Shown here: one piece after another, positions 33,228 to 64,000 of the stretch | How positions within the stretch are numbered: the stretch's first letter is position 1 | Layout: each line of letters opens with the position of its first letter | NCBI GenBank assembly: GCA_033442325.1 | Contig: JAWQFM010000017.1 | Coordinates: 1,043,125 to 1,107,124 of the forward strand | DNA length: 64,000 nucleotides | Direction: 5' to 3' | Origin: Salpingoeca rosetta | Lineage: Eukaryota > Protista > Choanoflagellata | Notes under the pieces: model-generated | The model's database searches: none | What the model saw: only the letters and a program-made list of their open reading frames with translations | What the model was told of the DNA's origin: nothing | Made by a program: the position numbers and the translations under genes

Positions 33228-34499
33228 TCACAAGCAGGAGCCGTCGATGGTGAGGATGGCGTCTTCATCGAACGGCATGGCGTAGACGCGATTGGACAAG
33301 CTCACAGCACCGCCAATGAACCGGGAGTACACATCGGTGTCAAGGCCAGGCACGTGCACCTCCCGCGTGGCGTTGGTCGCCGTGTCAACCACCAGAACAC
33401 TCGTCATGGCGTGTGGAATACCCACAATAAGGTCGCTGTTCAGCAACGGGACGGCACCCCACCACTTTGGCGTGCCTGGGGCAGCCTGTGAGAGCGGGAC
33501 GCGGTCAGCCGTGTCGGTGAACGGGTTGATGACCAGCAAGTCCAGTGCGTTGAGAGGGATGCCGTAGATGAGACCGCTTGGAGCTAGGGCAGCACTGGCC
33601 CATTTCGCGTTTCCACCCAGGCCCATGATGGTGGTGACGTCGGTGGCGTTGGTGGCGGGATCGAGGATCAGCACGAACGAGGCCTGGTACGGCACGCCGT
33701 AGATCCTGTCGTTGTTGGGCGCAGTCACAGCACTGGTCCACGCGAATCCTATCGTGCTCAGAGGATTGGGCAGCGTCGATGCTGTGTTGGTCGCGGTGTC
33801 CAGCACCAAGATGGGCGTGCTCGAGCTGACGGGCAAGGCATAGATCTTGCCTTCGTTGGACAGGGCAGCGGCTTGCCACTTGGTCTCGTTTGGCTCGCCC
33901 ACGACGATGGCGGTGCTGTTGAAGGTGTTGGTGTTCGGGTCGATCACCAGCACAGCTTCGTGTGCCCCTGGTATGCCGTAGATGAGCCCATTTGGCGCCA
34001 GCACGGCCGATGCCCACTTGTCGCTGGCTGACAGCAACGCTGGGGACGCCATGGTCGTGGTGTCGGCGGTGTTTGTCAACGGGTTGATGATGACAACGTT
34101 GTCAGCGTTGCGTGGAATGCCGTAAATGAGACCATTGTTGGCGCGGACAGCATTCGAGTAGAGGCCTGCCGCAGGTGAGCCGACGCCTGCCAAGGTCGTG
34201 GTGTCGATCAGCGGGGCCAGGGTGCACTGCACGCGCTGAATTTGGTCCAGCAACGCACGCTGCTCCGCCAGCTGTTGCAGCACATCCACCCCATTCAGGA
34301 ACAGTTTGCTGTTTGGATCACGCGTTGTAATCCGCAGCGAGCCAGCGTCGTCCTCTTCAATCACAACTGCCTCCTCCTCGTCATTCACGGAGGCAGCTGA
34401 GGTTGCTGCTGCGGCGGGAAAGGCGGCCACGAGCACCCACACCACAGCAACCAAAGCCAGAGCCCTCAGAGCCAGAGCTGGCGCACTCGCCATCAACAT
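33228..34499 (-). CDS. Intronless secreted protein: signal peptide, short beta/coiled-coil cap, 7 ~45-aa repeats (probable beta-propeller)
   Basis: Single 423-aa ORF with coding-like codon usage and hydrophobic signal LALRALALVAVVWVLVAA. Repeat cores NGLIYGIP, NGLIYGIP, EGKIYALP, NDRIYGVP, SGLIYGIP, SDLIVGIP and SNRVYAMP, most followed by (V/I)L(V/I)(I/L)(D/N)P.T.T. Confidence 0.9.
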   Translation of the reverse strand: MLMASAPALALRALALVAVVWVLVAAFPAAAATSAASVNDEEEAVVIEEDDAGSLRITTRDPNSKLFLNGVDVLQQLAEQRALLDQIQRVQCTLAPLIDTTTLAGVGSPAAGLYSNAVRANNGLIYGIPRNADNVVIINPLTNTADTTTMASPALLSASDKWASAVLAPNGLIYGIPGAHEAVLVIDPNTNTFNSTAIVVGEPNETKWQAAALSNEGKIYALPVSSSTPILVLDTATNTASTLPNPLSTIGFAWTSAVTAPNNDRIYGVPYQASFVLILDPATNATDVTTIMGLGGNAKWASAALAPSGLIYGIPLNALDLLVINPFTDTADRVPLSQAAPGTPKWWGAVPLLNSDLIVGIPHAMTSVLVVDTATNATREVHVPGLDTDVYSRFIGGAVSLSNRVYAMPFDEDAILTIDGSCL

Positions 34500-34752
34500 C
34501 TTCTTCCGTATTTGTTTTAAAATTTCTTCAAATCGATTCCATGTGTATTTAAAGTTTTGAGACTGACATCAGTCGCAGGCCCTGCGCCATCGCGAACACA
34601 AACAAAGGCGCCCCAGGAGAAGACAGCAAGAAGACAAGAAGGGTGCGTGTGTGGTGTTGTAAGATCCCGTGATGATGAGCCACGACTCAGCAGTGGCGCC
34701 GCCGACGCCGACAGCGGATGCTTTTGGAGGGCCTTGCCGCGATCACAGCACC

Positions 34753-40752
<6,000 letters not shown>

Positions 40753-41107
40753 ATATGCACAACCACAACCAACGCAACACATTACGCACGCACACACATC
40801 CATCCACAAACCACTTGTGGGGGGTTTTTTTTTTTGTTTCTCGTCATTTTCGCACCATGTCTCGCTCTCTCCAAACCACATCATCACACTACATTACGCT
40901 CATGCAAGCAAGCAAGCAAGCAAACAAACATCAACGCATACACACAATCGCAATCGCAACAACAACACAAAAACAACGCGGTTGCACATGTTCGTGCCTT
41001 CTTTTCTTGTGAAAGTTTCCAAGTTTTGTTGCTCGTTTGGCACGCTGCCTGCACTGTACACTGTACGCTGCAGTCACATGCACAAACGGTTTCACTCAGG
41101 CGTGCAC

Positions 41108-46060
<4,953 letters not shown>

Positions 46061-46377
46061 TCAGCAACGGAAAGCGCAGATCAGCAGCAGCAGCAGCAGC
46101 AGCAGGAGGGAGCACGGAGAGGGGTGTCAGCGATCGAGCGGAATCAAAAAGGTTCAAGTGGTCGTGTGGTGTGAGGGGTAGAATGAATGTCGTTGGGAAG
46201 GGTAAGAAAGCGAACAGGACAGGCCGTGGTGGTGGTGCGTTGGTTGGTGAGGTGTCGGCGAGACTCAAGAAAAGAAGCGAGCAAGAGAAAGGAAATCGAA
46301 ATTGAAACCAAAGCAAGTAAGAAAAAGGTGACCAAGCAAGTGGTTGACCACGCGCGTGATGTGATGACACACACTGC

Positions 46378-46382
<5 letters not shown>

Positions 46383-46423
<41 letters not shown>
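46383..46423 (+). repeat. (GA)n microsatellite upstream of the SERCA start codon
   Basis: About 20 GA units. Confidence 0.95.
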
Positions 46424-46428
<5 letters not shown>

Positions 46429-47742
46429 GGCGGTGGCAATCAAGCAACCAACCAACCGACACGAAAGTGACAGCAACGCGCGCAGCCACGACACCCTCTC
46501 CCTCCACACGCAACACGTACACACACACACACACGCCATACACCACGCACGGCCACGCCACTCGTATCCCCCACCCGCTCGCGTGCTTACCTTCCCAAGG
46601 TCCACGTCAGACAGCACAGCAACAACCAAGGCACTCAGCACAGATGGAGGAACACGTCGTTCCGATGACGATGGCAGATGATGATGGGATGAGAGGGGTT
46701 GGTTGTGAAGATGACAGCAAGCAAGTTTTCTGGCTCACTCTCTCTGCTCATGTGCTCTCTGCTGCTTTTGTGCCAGCACACCCGAACCAATCGTTCCCGA
46801 AAAAAACGGCTGAAAGCGTGTCAGCAAAAATTGAGTGCGCATTTATGTATGTTTCGCACCAATTTTCTGCAGTCAAATTGCGTATCCACCACGGACCGCA
46901 CGCAACGGACAAAATTTATCGTGTTTGGGGCCGTTTTAATTCGCTGCGTGGGTGGTTGTGCTCAGCGTTTGGTTGGGGGAATTGTGTGCCAGCCAGAGTG
47001 CCACGTGTTTCCTTCCCCCGCCTTCACTCTCATTCTCTCGCGTCAGGAAGAATGCGAGATTGTGGTTGTTTGTGGTTGTTTGTGGGTTGGCTGGATGAAC
47101 AGCGGTGAACGATGGAAGGGGTGTAACAATAACGAGATGAGTGCAACAACGTCACATCACATGCCGCGTTTGAAGGAACGAGACAACGATGACGGTGCTT
47201 GAGCAAGACGACGGACGGTGTTGTGCTTGCTTGGCACGCCATTGGATTGAAAGAAAGAACAACACGTGCTCGGGCGGTTAGGAGGGCATGTGACAGACTT
47301 CAGAAAAAAAGAAAGCAAGTCGCTCAGGGCTCTCAAGGCTCTCAGGGTTAGATCAAGTCAGGTAGAAGAAAAGAAGTAAGGGAGAACGTGCGCATAGCAT
47401 CAACTATGAGAGAGAAGCGGCGAAACAAACCCAGACTGCATCAATCGCACATGCATGAGAAACAGAAAGAAAGACAACACAAACACACGCGCGGAGAAAC
47501 AAAGGGGGGGCGCACTCTGAGCGCAAACCGGTGTAACCCACTGAACAGATGTGGAGCAGGGGGGGGGGAGAGATCAGAACAACGCACCACACGCAAACAT
47601 CGCAACAAACGACACGGGGGAAAAGCAACCACAGAAAGAACCGGTGCCAGAGCCAGCAGTCACACACACACACGCACACACACATATTCACACACGCACA
47701 CATTCCACACATATTCACACACGCACACAATCGCACGCCAAA

Positions 47743-64000
<16,258 letters not shown>

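Overview
This is eukaryotic, intron-dense DNA with (CA)n/(GT)n microsatellites in nearly every intron and three N-gaps. Gene content and style point to a choanoflagellate such as Salpingoeca; this is an inference. Manual exon stitching supports 11 protein-coding genes. Left to right: (1) the motor and IQ part of a myosin VII-like gene (-, runs off the left edge); (2) an unusual ~916-aa protein made of two tandem, internally deleted actin-fold units (subdomain 2 strongly shortened, subdomain 4 missing, phosphate loops degenerate), then a PH domain and an Arg/Ser-rich tail (+); (3) a small APC15-like gene (-); (4) NDUFAF5 (+); (5) PAM16/Tim16 (-); (6) IWR1/SLC7A6OS (+); (7) a Sec16 homologue carrying WW and zinc-finger modules (+); (8) an intronless secreted protein with 7 propeller-like repeats (-); (9) an NCLX/CCX-type cation/Ca2+ exchanger (+); (10) a SERCA Ca2+-ATPase (-); (11) a giant Cys-rich single-pass receptor with a Tyr-motif tail (-, starts beyond the right edge). 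The best novelty candidate is the tandem minimal-actin/PH protein, which sits head-to-head with the myosin gene. Most ORFs in the supplied track are microsatellite or antisense artefacts. No rRNA, tRNA, CRISPR array or recognisable transposon was seen.
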